Source of the DNA: Terriglobia bacterium
GTDB taxonomy: Bacteria; Acidobacteriota; Terriglobia; 20CM-2-55-15
NCBI GenBank assembly: GCA_965198225.1
Contig: CBDAOY010000008.1
Location: 608,001 to 672,000 of the forward strand
Length of the DNA: 64,000 nucleotides
Reading direction: 5' to 3'
The notes beneath the pieces were generated by a model. It did no database searches, was not told the DNA's origin, and worked only from the letters and a program-made list of their open reading frames with translations. This document shows positions 1-9,736 of the stretch, piece after piece. Positions within the stretch are counted from its first letter, which is position 1. Each line of letters begins with the position of its first letter. The translations under genes and the position numbers were made by a program.

Positions 1-8
1 TCGATTCG

Positions 9-3000
9 GTGGTTTTTCCTCATCTTGCCGCGGGCGGTGGTTACACGACGCAGCTGCTTCTCGTCAACGAGACGGATGGAGCGATTCAGGGCACGGTTCG
101 GCTCAAACAGTCCGACGGTACTCCGTTGGTCGTGCGCCTGGGCTCACAGAACGTTTCCAGTTTTGCCTACTTCCTGCCACCCGCCGGCGTCAGTCGTGTT
201 GAGCTCGGAGATCCGGCAGCGCAGTCGGTTTCGGTCGGATACGCAGTCGTCGATCCCGACGCCGGACAGGTGTCCCCGGCCGGCACCGCGGTTTTCCAGC
301 TCAAATCGAACGGGCAGCTGGTCTCTGAAGCTGCAGTGGCCGCGACCCCGCTGACGACGAAGGCCCGGGTCTTTGTCGATACTGTTGGAACCCAGACGGG
401 TCTTGCTCTGGCCAACCCGAGTTCCGGGGAGGTTGAGGTGACGCTCGCTTTGCTCGATCGCTATGGCGCCTGGCAGGAGGAGACGAAGCGGACGCTGCCC
501 GCCGACGGACACTTTGCGATCCTGGCGACGGAGCTGTTTTCGAGCGTGACGCTGGGCTTCACGGGCCAGATCGAGGTCCAGAGCCCGCAGTCTATCGCTG
601 CGGTGACGCTGAAGCTCACGACCAACTCGCGCGGCGAGCTCGTGCTGACCACGCTGCCGGTCGCCGATGCTGTTTCGCCCCCGATAGCGACTTCGATCGT
701 GTTTCCCCACATCGCGATCGGTGCGGGGTTTTCCACCCGGTTCATCTTTCTGCACACGGATTCATCGAACCCGGCCGACGGCCAGCTGCAGTTCTTTCAG
801 TCCGACGGGTCGCTCATGCTGGTTCCGTTGGCAGGCGAGGAAGGCAGCCAGTTTCCGTATGGTTTCGCCGCCGGGGAAGCGCGCCGCTTCTTTCCGGGTA
901 ATACCGATACCGTCGCGAGCATCACGCTCCGCGACGCCGCATCGAACGTGGCGACCGAGGAGGTGAACGTCAACCTCGGCGCTTCGGTGCGTCTCCGCGT
1001 CGTTGTCATCGATAGCGCGGGAACTTCGCGGGATGATTTCGCCGTCGGCTTCAGCAGCATCAGCCCGGACATCGCGAGCGTGGATGCGACCGGCAACGTC
1101 CAGGGGCTGAAGTCGGGCTTCTCGACGCTCACCTTGACGGCCGGGGGCATCATCGCTGCCGCAACCCTCACCGTCACCGACGTCGACGCGGGCGTGTCCG
1201 GCTTCGAAGCAATCGGAGTCACCCAGGATGATGCAGGCGTCCTGTACCTGGCCTCCAGCCAGTCCCACACCGTGCTCACCAGCCCCGACCTGACCCAGAC
1301 GCCCCAGGTCTACGCGGGTATCCAGGACAGCCCGGGTCTGAAGAACGCTGCGCGCACCGACTCGCAGTTTCGCAATCCCTCCTACCTTTCGTTCAACAGT
1401 GCCAGCGGCGCGCTCTACGTCAGCGACAGCGCAAACCACTCAATCCGCGAAGTCCAGCCCGGAGCGGAAGGACAAGTGCAGACTCTGGCGGGAACGGGGG
1501 TAGCGGGGAGCGCCGACGGAGGATCGGCGACGTTTGACACCCCTCAGGGAATCGCGCTCGACGGGCGGGGCAACATGTGGGTGGTCGATTCCGGCAACCA
1601 CACGGTCCGCCGGGTCAACCTGGAGACAGGCGAAGTCGAAACACTGGCCGGATCCGCTGGCAGCGCTGGGCTGGCAGACGGGACCGGAACCGGTGCCCGG
1701 TTCGACACGCCCACTGGAATCGCTCTCGAAGCCGAAACACTCGCCCAACAGCTCGCACGGGAACTGACAGGAGCACCGCCGCCACCGGTTCGAATGCTCG
1801 TTACGGACACGAACAACGGCGTGATCCGCCGGGTATCGGAGACGGGCGTCGTGGAGACGGTGACTTCGCTCGGCTCCAGCTCTGGCCTCAGCACCGGCGA
1901 CGGTTCTGTGAGCCGCGCGGAGTCCACGGCTGCGGCTCTGCAGTTTTCCGCGCCTGCCGGTGTGGCTTCCGACCCGTTCGGGAATATCTACGTCACCGAG
2001 CCGGGCAGCAACCAGGTGCGCGTCGTCCTGCCCAACGGACGGACCGTCCGACTGGCGCAGCGAAACACCTTCCAGGAGCCGCGAGGCGTGACAATCACGG
2101 ACGACGGAAAGGTTCTGGTGTCCGACCGCCAGAGCCTGGCCCGATCCGTCGAGTTCGGCGCCCCGACGATCGCGGGAATCTCGCCCATTCGAGTCCTGAA
2201 CACCGGAGGGGACACCGTCACCATCCGCGGGACGAATTTCGCTCCAGGCACGCTGGTCCTGGTCGGCAGGCAGCCGATCGAGGCGACAGTCGCAGGCAGC
2301 ACCCGCGTCACGATCACGGTTCCGGCCTTGCCCAGCGGGGTCCGGACGCTGACGGTCCTGAACCGCGGCGGCGTTGCCCAGACTCCGCTCTGGGTCGATG
2401 CTGTACCGCTCAGCGAGACCACGCCGGGCAACATCACCACCGTGGCGGGTGGCACCGATTTCGTCGGTGACGGATTGAAGGGTGTGCAGGCGGCCCTCGC
2501 GTGGCCTTTTTCGACGGCATTTGTCCGGGGGGGCCTCTTGATCGTCGACCGCGGCAACAACCGCGTGCGTCGGTACGACTGGAGGAGCCGAGTCATCACG
2601 ACGATCGCGGGAACCGGCGATCAGGAATCGTCCGGCGACGGGGGTCCTGCCGTTGCCGCTTCCCTCAACAGGCCGACCGATGCCCTCGTCGATCGGGCAG
2701 GCAACATATTCATCGCGGAATTCGGGGGGCAACGCATCCGGATGATCGCTGCCGCGACCGGTATCATCTCGACTGTCGCAGGGACCGGTCAGCCAGGTTT
2801 TTCCGGGGACGGCGGTCCCGCCGTCGATGCCATCCTGGGACAACCCTTCGACCTCGCCCTCGATCCACAAGGCCGTCTGTTAGTTGCCGAGTCGTCGAAC
2901 AATATCATCCGCCGGGTCGACCTTTCCACCGGCACGATCTCCACCATCGCCGGAACCGGCGAGCGGGGTTTCGAGGGTGACGGCGGGTTGGCGATCGAGG

Positions 3001-4529
3001 CCAAGCTGGGCAGCCCCCGGGGAATCGTTCTTGACGGTTCCGGCAACCTCTTCATAACCGAGTCGACGAATCATCGCATTCGCCGACTCGATGCTGAAAC
3101 AGGTGTGATCACGACCGTGGCCGGGACCGGAGAAGGCACCTATTCCGGTGATGGAGGCCCGGCGACGTCCGCGGCCCTGAACGATCCGGGGGGGATTGCC
3201 GCTGATGCCCACGGAAATCTTTACTTCGCCGACCGGTCCAACTACCGCATCCGCCGGATCGACGCGGAGACCAGTTTGATCTCGACGGTTGCCGGCAGCG
3301 GACAGGCTGGCTTCGCGGGAGACAACGGTCCAGGGGGAGATGCGGTTCTGAACCGGCCCGCGGGTGTCACCGTCACCCCAAACGGCGCCTTTCTCGTCAT
3401 TGCCGATACGCTCAACAACAGGATTCGCCGCTGGCGTCCCCGCGACGACCTGGTCCGGACTTTCGTCGGAAACGGCGAGGCGCGAATCATCGGGGACGAC
3501 GGCCCGGCGACCGCCGCGGGGCTCTACTTTCCGAACGACCTGGCATTCGACTCCTCGAGAAACCTGGTCATCGCCGACACGCTGAACCACCGCGTCCGTT
3601 CGATCGATGCAGGCAGCCGGACGATCACGACCGTGGTGGGCGGCGGAGACGACGGGCTGCGTTTCGGTCGCGGCAGCGGAGGCTATGCGGGCGACGACAG
3701 CGCGGCCCTCGCCGCCTCGCTGGACCAACCCAGCGGGATCCTGATCGAAGCGGGGGGGAACATCGTTATTGCCGATGCGCAGAACAATCGCATTCGGGTC
3801 GTCGCTTCGGGAACCGGGAACATCCGGACCATCGCGGGCACCGGCTCGCGCGGCAATTCCGGAGACGGAGGGCCGGCGGTCGATGCCGAAATCTTCACGC
3901 CCAGGGCGATCGCCGCCGACAGCTCCGGGCACGTGTATTTCGCCGACACCGAGAACAGCAGGATCCGCCGGATCGACCGAGACACCGGGGCGATCACGAC
4001 GGTTGCCGGCAACGGGGGCCAGGGTTTCGCCGGAGACGGTGGCCCGGCTCTGGATGCGTCCCTGGACCGACCCCGCGGACTTGTCTTCGACGCGAATGAT
4101 AACCTGTACATTGTCGACGTTTTCAACCATCGAATCCGCCGTATGGACGTTCGAACCGGCGTGATAACCACCTTCGCCGGTACCGGGGAAAGCGGCCGCG
4201 GCGCGGGAGGCTTCGGTGGAGACGACGGGCCTGCGACCGAAGCACGCCTCAACTTTCCCATCGATGTCGCGTTGGACGCGGCCGGCAACTTGTGGATCGC
4301 CGACTTGCTGAACAACAGGGTTCGCCGCGTCGACACCTCGACCGGCGTGATCACGACCCTCGTTGGTGGCGGACGCGTTGGTGTCCGGGAAACGTTTTCG
4401 GGAGACAACGGTCCGGCGGCTGCGGCCAGGCTGGAACTCCCTCGGGCAATAGTGTTCGACGCAAACGGAAACCTCTTCATCGCCACCCAGGCCCACCGGG
4501 TTCGGGCCGTGCGCGCCCCGATCAATTAG
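9..4529 (+). CDS. Large NHL-repeat (beta-propeller) surface protein with Ig-like and IPT/TIG domains; 5'-partial
   Basis: 1506-aa ORF with many GDGGPA..A.L..P.....D..GNLFIAD..N.RIRR NHL repeats and an IPT motif (GGDTVTIRGTNF). It is colinear with the 9736-4738 paralog, whose N-terminal ~185 aa are missing here, so the gene starts before the window. Confidence 0.88.
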   Translation: MVFPHLAAGGGYTTQLLLVNETDGAIQGTVRLKQSDGTPLVVRLGSQNVSSFAYFLPPAGVSRVELGDPAAQSVSVGYAVVDPDAGQVSPAGTAVFQLKSNGQLVSEAAVAATPLTTKARVFVDTVGTQTGLALANPSSGEVEVTLALLDRYGAWQEETKRTLPADGHFAILATELFSSVTLGFTGQIEVQSPQSIAAVTLKLTTNSRGELVLTTLPVADAVSPPIATSIVFPHIAIGAGFSTRFIFLHTDSSNPADGQLQFFQSDGSLMLVPLAGEEGSQFPYGFAAGEARRFFPGNTDTVASITLRDAASNVATEEVNVNLGASVRLRVVVIDSAGTSRDDFAVGFSSISPDIASVDATGNVQGLKSGFSTLTLTAGGIIAAATLTVTDVDAGVSGFEAIGVTQDDAGVLYLASSQSHTVLTSPDLTQTPQVYAGIQDSPGLKNAARTDSQFRNPSYLSFNSASGALYVSDSANHSIREVQPGAEGQVQTLAGTGVAGSADGGSATFDTPQGIALDGRGNMWVVDSGNHTVRRVNLETGEVETLAGSAGSAGLADGTGTGARFDTPTGIALEAETLAQQLARELTGAPPPPVRMLVTDTNNGVIRRVSETGVVETVTSLGSSSGLSTGDGSVSRAESTAAALQFSAPAGVASDPFGNIYVTEPGSNQVRVVLPNGRTVRLAQRNTFQEPRGVTITDDGKVLVSDRQSLARSVEFGAPTIAGISPIRVLNTGGDTVTIRGTNFAPGTLVLVGRQPIEATVAGSTRVTITVPALPSGVRTLTVLNRGGVAQTPLWVDAVPLSETTPGNITTVAGGTDFVGDGLKGVQAALAWPFSTAFVRGGLLIVDRGNNRVRRYDWRSRVITTIAGTGDQESSGDGGPAVAASLNRPTDALVDRAGNIFIAEFGGQRIRMIAAATGIISTVAGTGQPGFSGDGGPAVDAILGQPFDLALDPQGRLLVAESSNNIIRRVDLSTGTISTIAGTGERGFEGDGGLAIEAKLGSPRGIVLDGSGNLFITESTNHRIRRLDAETGVITTVAGTGEGTYSGDGGPATSAALNDPGGIAADAHGNLYFADRSNYRIRRIDAETSLISTVAGSGQAGFAGDNGPGGDAVLNRPAGVTVTPNGAFLVIADTLNNRIRRWRPRDDLVRTFVGNGEARIIGDDGPATAAGLYFPNDLAFDSSRNLVIADTLNHRVRSIDAGSRTITTVVGGGDDGLRFGRGSGGYAGDDSAALAASLDQPSGILIEAGGNIVIADAQNNRIRVVASGTGNIRTIAGTGSRGNSGDGGPAVDAEIFTPRAIAADSSGHVYFADTENSRIRRIDRDTGAITTVAGNGGQGFAGDGGPALDASLDRPRGLVFDANDNLYIVDVFNHRIRRMDVRTGVITTFAGTGESGRGAGGFGGDDGPATEARLNFPIDVALDAAGNLWIADLLNNRVRRVDTSTGVITTLVGGGRVGVRETFSGDNGPAAAARLELPRAIVFDANGNLFIATQAHRVRAVRAPIN

Positions 4530-4569
4530 CGTCTTGCGAGCGCGAGAACCTGCTTCGTCCCCATAGCTT

Positions 4570-4639
4570 GTGTAGGTGCGCTCTATGAGCGCACATCGTT
4601 TCGGCTCGGAGAATGTGCGGTCATGGACCGCACCTACAC
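4570..4639. repeat. REPIN-like element (inverted pair of GTAG-type REP hairpins)
   Basis: GTGTAG-GTGCGCTC-TAT-GAGCGCAC, ~20-nt spacer, GTGCGGTC-ATG-GACCGCAC-CTACAC. Near-identical copies at 27789, 28080, 28371 and 31137; a half REP at 4700-4714. Confidence 0.85.
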
Positions 4640-4670
4640 CCCCCGGGGAGATCCGCCCCTCCACGTCCCT

Positions 4671-4695
4671 CTGCCCGAAAGGCTGTTTTGGGCAG
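4671..4695. terminator. Possible hairpin between convergent genes
   Basis: CTGCCCGAAA-ggctg-TTTTGGGCAG stem-loop between two convergent stop codons; no clear U-tract. Confidence 0.25.
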
Positions 4696-4737
4696 GGATG
4701 GTCATAGACCGCACTAGGGCTGGTGAGGAAACGAGGG

Positions 4738-6198
4738 CTAAGGAATCGGCCCCCGGATGACACGAATCCGGTTGTTGAACGTATCGGCGATGTAAAGATC
4801 GCCGGCGGCATCGACGACAATTGCCCGTGGGTAAGCAAGCTCGGCCATTGAAGCGGGTCCGCCATCACCGGCCGGGCCGGTCTCACCGATACCGGCGATC
4901 GTCTCTACTACTCCTGAAGCGTCGATGTAGCGGATGCCCTGCACGGCAAAATCGACGAAAAACAAACGGCTGTCAAAGGAGGCAACTGCGACTGGAAAAA
5001 TGGCGGCCTCGGTGGCCAGAGCGCCAACCTCGAAAGACATTCCGCCGCCAGCGATCGTCGTGATCGTGCCCGATACGATGTCGAGCTTCCTGATCCTGCC
5101 ATTGGGATCGTTGTCGACGATGAGCAGGTTTCCATCCGAATCGAATGCGATGTCTGCAACATACGACAGCGCTGCTTCCACAGCCGGTCCGCCATCGCCC
5201 GAATAGCCGTTCGTTCCGTTGCCGGCGACCGTCACAATAGTTCCCGTTTCGAGGTTTATCCGCCGTATCCGGTAGTTCTCCGCGTCGACCACGTAGAGAT
5301 CGCCGTCGCTCGAGATTGCCATGGCCTCGGGGACCTTCAACACGGCTTCAGTGGCCGGCCCTCCATCACCGGAAAACCCCTCCGCACCGGTTCCGGCAAC
5401 CCGGCTGATGATTCCGCTGGCGTCGATCTTGCGGATTTGGTGGTGCCAGGTATCTGCGATGTAGAGATTGCCGGAAGCATCGAAGGCGATCCCGGCAGGG
5501 CTCGAAAGAGGCGCTTCGGTGGCAGGTCCGCCGTTCCCGATGCCCTCTTCCGGATACTCGACTCCGCCCGCAACTGTAGTGATGAGCCCCGTTTCCTTCT
5601 CGACCCTTCGAACGCGCGCGCTGGTTTCGTCGACAACGAACAGATTCCCTCCAGCGTCGAACGCAATGTCCCGCGGAACAGTCAGGACGGCGGCAGCGGC
5701 CGGGCCCCCGTCTCCCAGGAACTCCCTGTCGCCGCCGGCTACGGTCTCGATCAGTCCACTCCCCTCGTTGACCACTCGGATACGGCGGTTTCCGATGTCC
5801 GCAATGAAAAGGTTGCCGCCCGAATCGATGGCAATGTCGCTCTCACCGTTCAACCCCGCGTCGAGGGCGGGCCCGCCGTCGCCGGAAAAATCGAAAGAAC
5901 CATTTCCGGCCACGGTCTCGATGATGTTGGTGTCGCCAGCGACCTTGCGAACCCTGCCGTTACCGCTGTCGGAGATCAAAAAATTACCGGCACCGTCGAC
6001 GGCAACGCGGGTGGGAGTGGACAGAGTCGCCACGTCGGCCGGGCCACCGTCACCGGTGAAATCAGCTTCACCGGTTCCGACGATCGTGCTGATCGTACCG
6101 CTGACCGCGTCCACCAGCCGAATCCGGTTGTTGAGAGTATCGGCTATCAGCAGATTGCCCTCCTCGTCCAGGTCGATACCTGCAGGAATGTCGAGCAT
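4738..6198 (-). CDS. NHL-repeat protein, C-terminal part of frameshifted gene 9736-4738
   Basis: Consists only of NHL repeats and ends RIRVIRGPIP, like RVRAVRAPIN of the paralog. The frame stays open upstream to ~6254 (AGTGEAGFSGDGGPGVEAML). Confidence 0.8.
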   Translation of the reverse strand: MLDIPAGIDLDEEGNLLIADTLNNRIRLVDAVSGTISTIVGTGEADFTGDGGPADVATLSTPTRVAVDGAGNFLISDSGNGRVRKVAGDTNIIETVAGNGSFDFSGDGGPALDAGLNGESDIAIDSGGNLFIADIGNRRIRVVNEGSGLIETVAGGDREFLGDGGPAAAAVLTVPRDIAFDAGGNLFVVDETSARVRRVEKETGLITTVAGGVEYPEEGIGNGGPATEAPLSSPAGIAFDASGNLYIADTWHHQIRKIDASGIISRVAGTGAEGFSGDGGPATEAVLKVPEAMAISSDGDLYVVDAENYRIRRINLETGTIVTVAGNGTNGYSGDGGPAVEAALSYVADIAFDSDGNLLIVDNDPNGRIRKLDIVSGTITTIAGGGMSFEVGALATEAAIFPVAVASFDSRLFFVDFAVQGIRYIDASGVVETIAGIGETGPAGDGGPASMAELAYPRAIVVDAAGDLYIADTFNNRIRVIRGPIP

Positions 6199-6220
6199 CG
6201 CTTCGACCCCCGGCCCGCCA

Positions 6221-9200
6221 TCACCCGAGAAACCAGCCTCCCCGGTGCCGGCCAGTGATAATTCCGGTCACCGCATCCACGCGACGGATGCGATAAGCGA
6301 AAGTGTCTGCAATAAAAAGGTTTCCGGAAGAATCCACGGCGACGTCGAAAGGAGCCTCGATTCTCGCCTCCACAGCCGGGCCCCCGTCGCCGGCGGATCC
6401 GGGTTCTGAGCCGGCTACGGTCGTGATGATTCCAGTACCCGCGGCGATCTTTCGGATCACGCTGTTATTCGTGTCGGCGACATACAGGTTTCCGGCGGGG
6501 TCAAAGGCGACCGCGTGAGGGTTGTCCAGCCCAGCGGCCGTGGAGAGCCCGTTGTCGCCTTTGTACGCCGCGATGCCCGTTCCGGCGATCGTCGTTATGA
6601 TCAGTGTTGTGCGATCCACTCGCCGGACACGGTTCTTGAACGTGTCCGCGATGAACAGGTTGCCTTCCGCGTCCAGGGCAATCCCGAATGGATTCAGCGG
6701 CGCATCCGTCGCGGGCTCTCCGTCCCCGGCGAACGTCGAGCCGCCGGCGATCGTCGTGACGTAACCCGCCGGCAAGCTGTCAAACGGAATCGTCTCGACG
6801 ACGAACCCGCGCTGAGCCAGGCCACCGCGATTCTGAACGGTCAGGGTCGTCAGGCCGCTCGGCAGCGCAGGTGAGACGAACGACATGTTACGCGTGTCGA
6901 TGATGACCGGGTTCTCGACCACGATCCCCGCGACGACGACAAGGGTCCCCGGAGCGAAGTTGCTCCCCTGGATTGTGACGGTTGTTCCGCCCTGATTGTC
7001 GACGATGTCTGGCCCGATGCCGTCGATGACCGGCGCCCCGTAGGTGATCTCACGCGCCGTTTGCCCCGATTCGGCAACGACGACTCTTCCACTCCGGGTC
7101 ACTGCGATCCCCCGCGGTTTGACGACCGTGTTCGCCGGAACCGCCGAAACGAGGCGTCCGTCAGGCAAGATCGTTCGTACGTTGTTCCGGTCGGGTTCCG
7201 TCACATAGATACTGCCGAACACGTCTGCTGCCACACCCGTTGGCGACCGGAACGCCAGCGGCACCCCGAGGGGAATCTCATTCGCCCGCCGATCGGCGGT
7301 TCCGCCGATGATCGCGGATGCCGCAACAGGCTCGCGCAGGGTGGTGACCTTACCGGTTTCGTCGACGCGTCGTACGGCGCCGTTACCCTTGTCGGCAACG
7401 ATCACTCGAACGGGTCTCGGAGGCAGGCCCTGGAGTTCCCGAGCCAATTGTGCGGCTGTTGTCTCGACCTCGATCGCGATTCCCGTTGGTGTGTCGAATC
7501 TTGCCAGCCCCCCGTTGCCGTCGGCGAACCCCGCGGTGCCGGCCTGCCCGGCGATCGTCTCGACCTTCTGGGTCAGCAGGTTGATTCGACGGATGGTATG
7601 GTTCCCTGCGTCCGAGACCCAGAGGTAACCGAGGCTGTCCTGCGCGACGCCCTGGGGGTTGTTGAAAAGGGCCTCGGAAACGGGCCCGTCCTTGTTCCCG
7701 GCCAGTCCCGACCCGGCAAGTGTCTCGACCCTCCCGGCCGTCCCCTGTTCGATCTGACGAATCGCATGGTTGGCAGAATCGCTGACGTAGAGGCTTCCGT
7801 CGGCCTGATTGATGGCAAGGAAGCTCGGCGTGTTGAATTGCGAACTCAAACGCGCAGCGTTCTTCAGACCGGAGGACTGAGGTGTCCCGGCGTAGAGCAC
7901 AGGCGTTTGACCCAAAGCCTCAGCCAACCGGATCGTGTGCTCGGCGGAGGAAGCCAGGTATAGTCGCTGGCCCAGGTCCTGGGCCAGGCCGGATACATCA
8001 AACCCCGAGACGCCCGCAGACACTTCGATGACTGTAATCGTCGCCGTGGAGACTAGCCCGCCGCCCGTAATCGTCAACGTAGAGAAGCCCCGTTGCTTGC
8101 CTTCGATCCGGCCGGTGGAATCGACCGTAGCGGTTGTCGTGTCCACGCTCGCGAAGGTGAGGGCAAAGTCGTCCCGGGATTGTCCGGCGCTGTCGAGCAC
8201 GAGAGTACGCGCACGCAAAGTGCCGCCTTTGCTGACGGTCACCTCGGTGGTCGGCTGGTTCGTCACCGGATCCCGCAGCGACAGGCTCGAAAGCGTTGCC
8301 GTGTGGCCGGGGAACAGACGGAGCCCCTGACCCGCCGCGAAGGAGGAGCTGAACTGGTTGGAGGTCACTCCTGCAATGGGGACGTTCATCGCCGTCCCGT
8401 CGGAGTTGGAGAACACCATTCCGACGTTCGACCCCGTCCCCCCGTTGACGAACACCAGCCGGGTCGAAAAGCCCGAACCGATTACGACCTGGGGGAAGAC
8501 CACCGTGGCTGCCGTCAGCGGTCGGGTCAGGTCCGCCACCGGCAAGGTCGTCAACACCACCTCGCTTAGAGTGTTGACCGTCAGCTGCAGGGTGACGGCG
8601 GCGACCGCCACCGAGCTCTGAATCTCCACCAGCCCGCTGAATCCCGACGAGACGGCAGGGAAGAGCTCCTGAGCCATCCGCGCCAGGTGCCCTCCCGCCG
8701 GTATCGTCTGCGTGACCGTTTCCTGCTGGGTCGCGAAACGGTCCTGGAGGATGAACTGGACTTCGGCCGCCGAGCTGCTCCGGTTGGCGATCGCCACCCC
8801 TGTCTGGCGGCCGACGTTGTCGAGGGAGATCCGGGCCTTCGTGGTTTCCGGCGTGGCGCCGACTCCCGCTTCGGTCACCAGCGTCGTCCCACTCCAGAGT
8901 TGAAAGATCACGCTCCCGGCCGGTGTCGAGCCGGTCTCGGGGGTGACGGTAGCGTATCCCACCTGGACGGCACCTGTTCCAGTCAGCTCGGCCCGGTACA
9001 CCCCGTCCGCCGCGATCTGATAATCCCTCTCCGATGCAGCGACGCCGTCCCAGTTGACCTGGAGCGGGGATCCATTCGATCCCACCAGCCGGATTCGACC
9101 TGTAACCGACGACGCGCTTCGGTTGATCAGGACCACCTGGGTTCGGTATCCCCCTCCCACGGCCAGATGGGGGAACACCACAGGATCGCTTCCACCGGCC

Positions 9201-9736
9201 GCGTCCAGGTCGACGACCGGCAGGGTCGTGTAGAGCGGTTCGCTCCGGGAGTTGCGAGACTCCCGCAGCGTGATCGCTCCCAAACCGGAGGCACTCTCGA
9301 ACGTGACGTTTCCCCGAAAGTCGGCCGCCTGCGCCCCGAACAGCTCATCGACAAAGCTGGCGCTGTGCTGGCCCGGGTTCAGCATCAGGATCTTCTGACC
9401 GACCTGACTGCCGGCGCCGTCGCGTAGAGTGAGGGTCACCGGAACACTGGCCGTGCCGGTATTGACCAGGGCCAGGCCGGTCCGGGTGCCGACCTCATCG
9501 GCGAAGACACGCCCCCTGGAAACCAGTTCGGCGGCTCCGACACCGGCTTCGGTCACCAGGACCCCGTTCCCGTTCCGGTAGCTGAACACGGCCGTCCCGA
9601 CCGGCATCTCGGTGCCTGAAGTCCGCGTGACCACGGTGTAGCCCACCTGAGTTGTCCCCTGCGCGTAGCTCCACCACACCGCTCCCGTCAGGGCTAGTAC
9701 GGGAAGAAACCAGAGGCGTATCGACTGTCGCTTCAT
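6221..9736 (-). CDS. Secreted NHL-repeat/IPT protein, N-terminal part (frameshift near 6254)
   Basis: Signal-peptide-like N-terminus, duplicated FPHLAVGGGY/VTEAGVGA domains, Ig-like and IPT domains, then NHL repeats. The ATG overlaps the cyclase stop (ATGA). Confidence 0.85.
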   Translation of the reverse strand: MKRQSIRLWFLPVLALTGAVWWSYAQGTTQVGYTVVTRTSGTEMPVGTAVFSYRNGNGVLVTEAGVGAAELVSRGRVFADEVGTRTGLALVNTGTASVPVTLTLRDGAGSQVGQKILMLNPGQHSASFVDELFGAQAADFRGNVTFESASGLGAITLRESRNSRSEPLYTTLPVVDLDAAGGSDPVVFPHLAVGGGYRTQVVLINRSASSVTGRIRLVGSNGSPLQVNWDGVAASERDYQIAADGVYRAELTGTGAVQVGYATVTPETGSTPAGSVIFQLWSGTTLVTEAGVGATPETTKARISLDNVGRQTGVAIANRSSSAAEVQFILQDRFATQQETVTQTIPAGGHLARMAQELFPAVSSGFSGLVEIQSSVAVAAVTLQLTVNTLSEVVLTTLPVADLTRPLTAATVVFPQVVIGSGFSTRLVFVNGGTGSNVGMVFSNSDGTAMNVPIAGVTSNQFSSSFAAGQGLRLFPGHTATLSSLSLRDPVTNQPTTEVTVSKGGTLRARTLVLDSAGQSRDDFALTFASVDTTTATVDSTGRIEGKQRGFSTLTITGGGLVSTATITVIEVSAGVSGFDVSGLAQDLGQRLYLASSAEHTIRLAEALGQTPVLYAGTPQSSGLKNAARLSSQFNTPSFLAINQADGSLYVSDSANHAIRQIEQGTAGRVETLAGSGLAGNKDGPVSEALFNNPQGVAQDSLGYLWVSDAGNHTIRRINLLTQKVETIAGQAGTAGFADGNGGLARFDTPTGIAIEVETTAAQLARELQGLPPRPVRVIVADKGNGAVRRVDETGKVTTLREPVAASAIIGGTADRRANEIPLGVPLAFRSPTGVAADVFGSIYVTEPDRNNVRTILPDGRLVSAVPANTVVKPRGIAVTRSGRVVVAESGQTAREITYGAPVIDGIGPDIVDNQGGTTVTIQGSNFAPGTLVVVAGIVVENPVIIDTRNMSFVSPALPSGLTTLTVQNRGGLAQRGFVVETIPFDSLPAGYVTTIAGGSTFAGDGEPATDAPLNPFGIALDAEGNLFIADTFKNRVRRVDRTTLIITTIAGTGIAAYKGDNGLSTAAGLDNPHAVAFDPAGNLYVADTNNSVIRKIAAGTGIITTVAGSEPGSAGDGGPAVEARIEAPFDVAVDSSGNLFIADTFAYRIRRVDAVTGIITGRHRGGWFLG

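Noticed and set aside
2880-4886. Long antisense ORFs (also 1440-2870, 14350-15687, 16170-17705, 25548-26912, 47044-48585, 51474-52967, 62795-63730)
   Set aside because: They are shadows of well-supported genes on the opposite strand in high-GC DNA and have no recognisable motifs.
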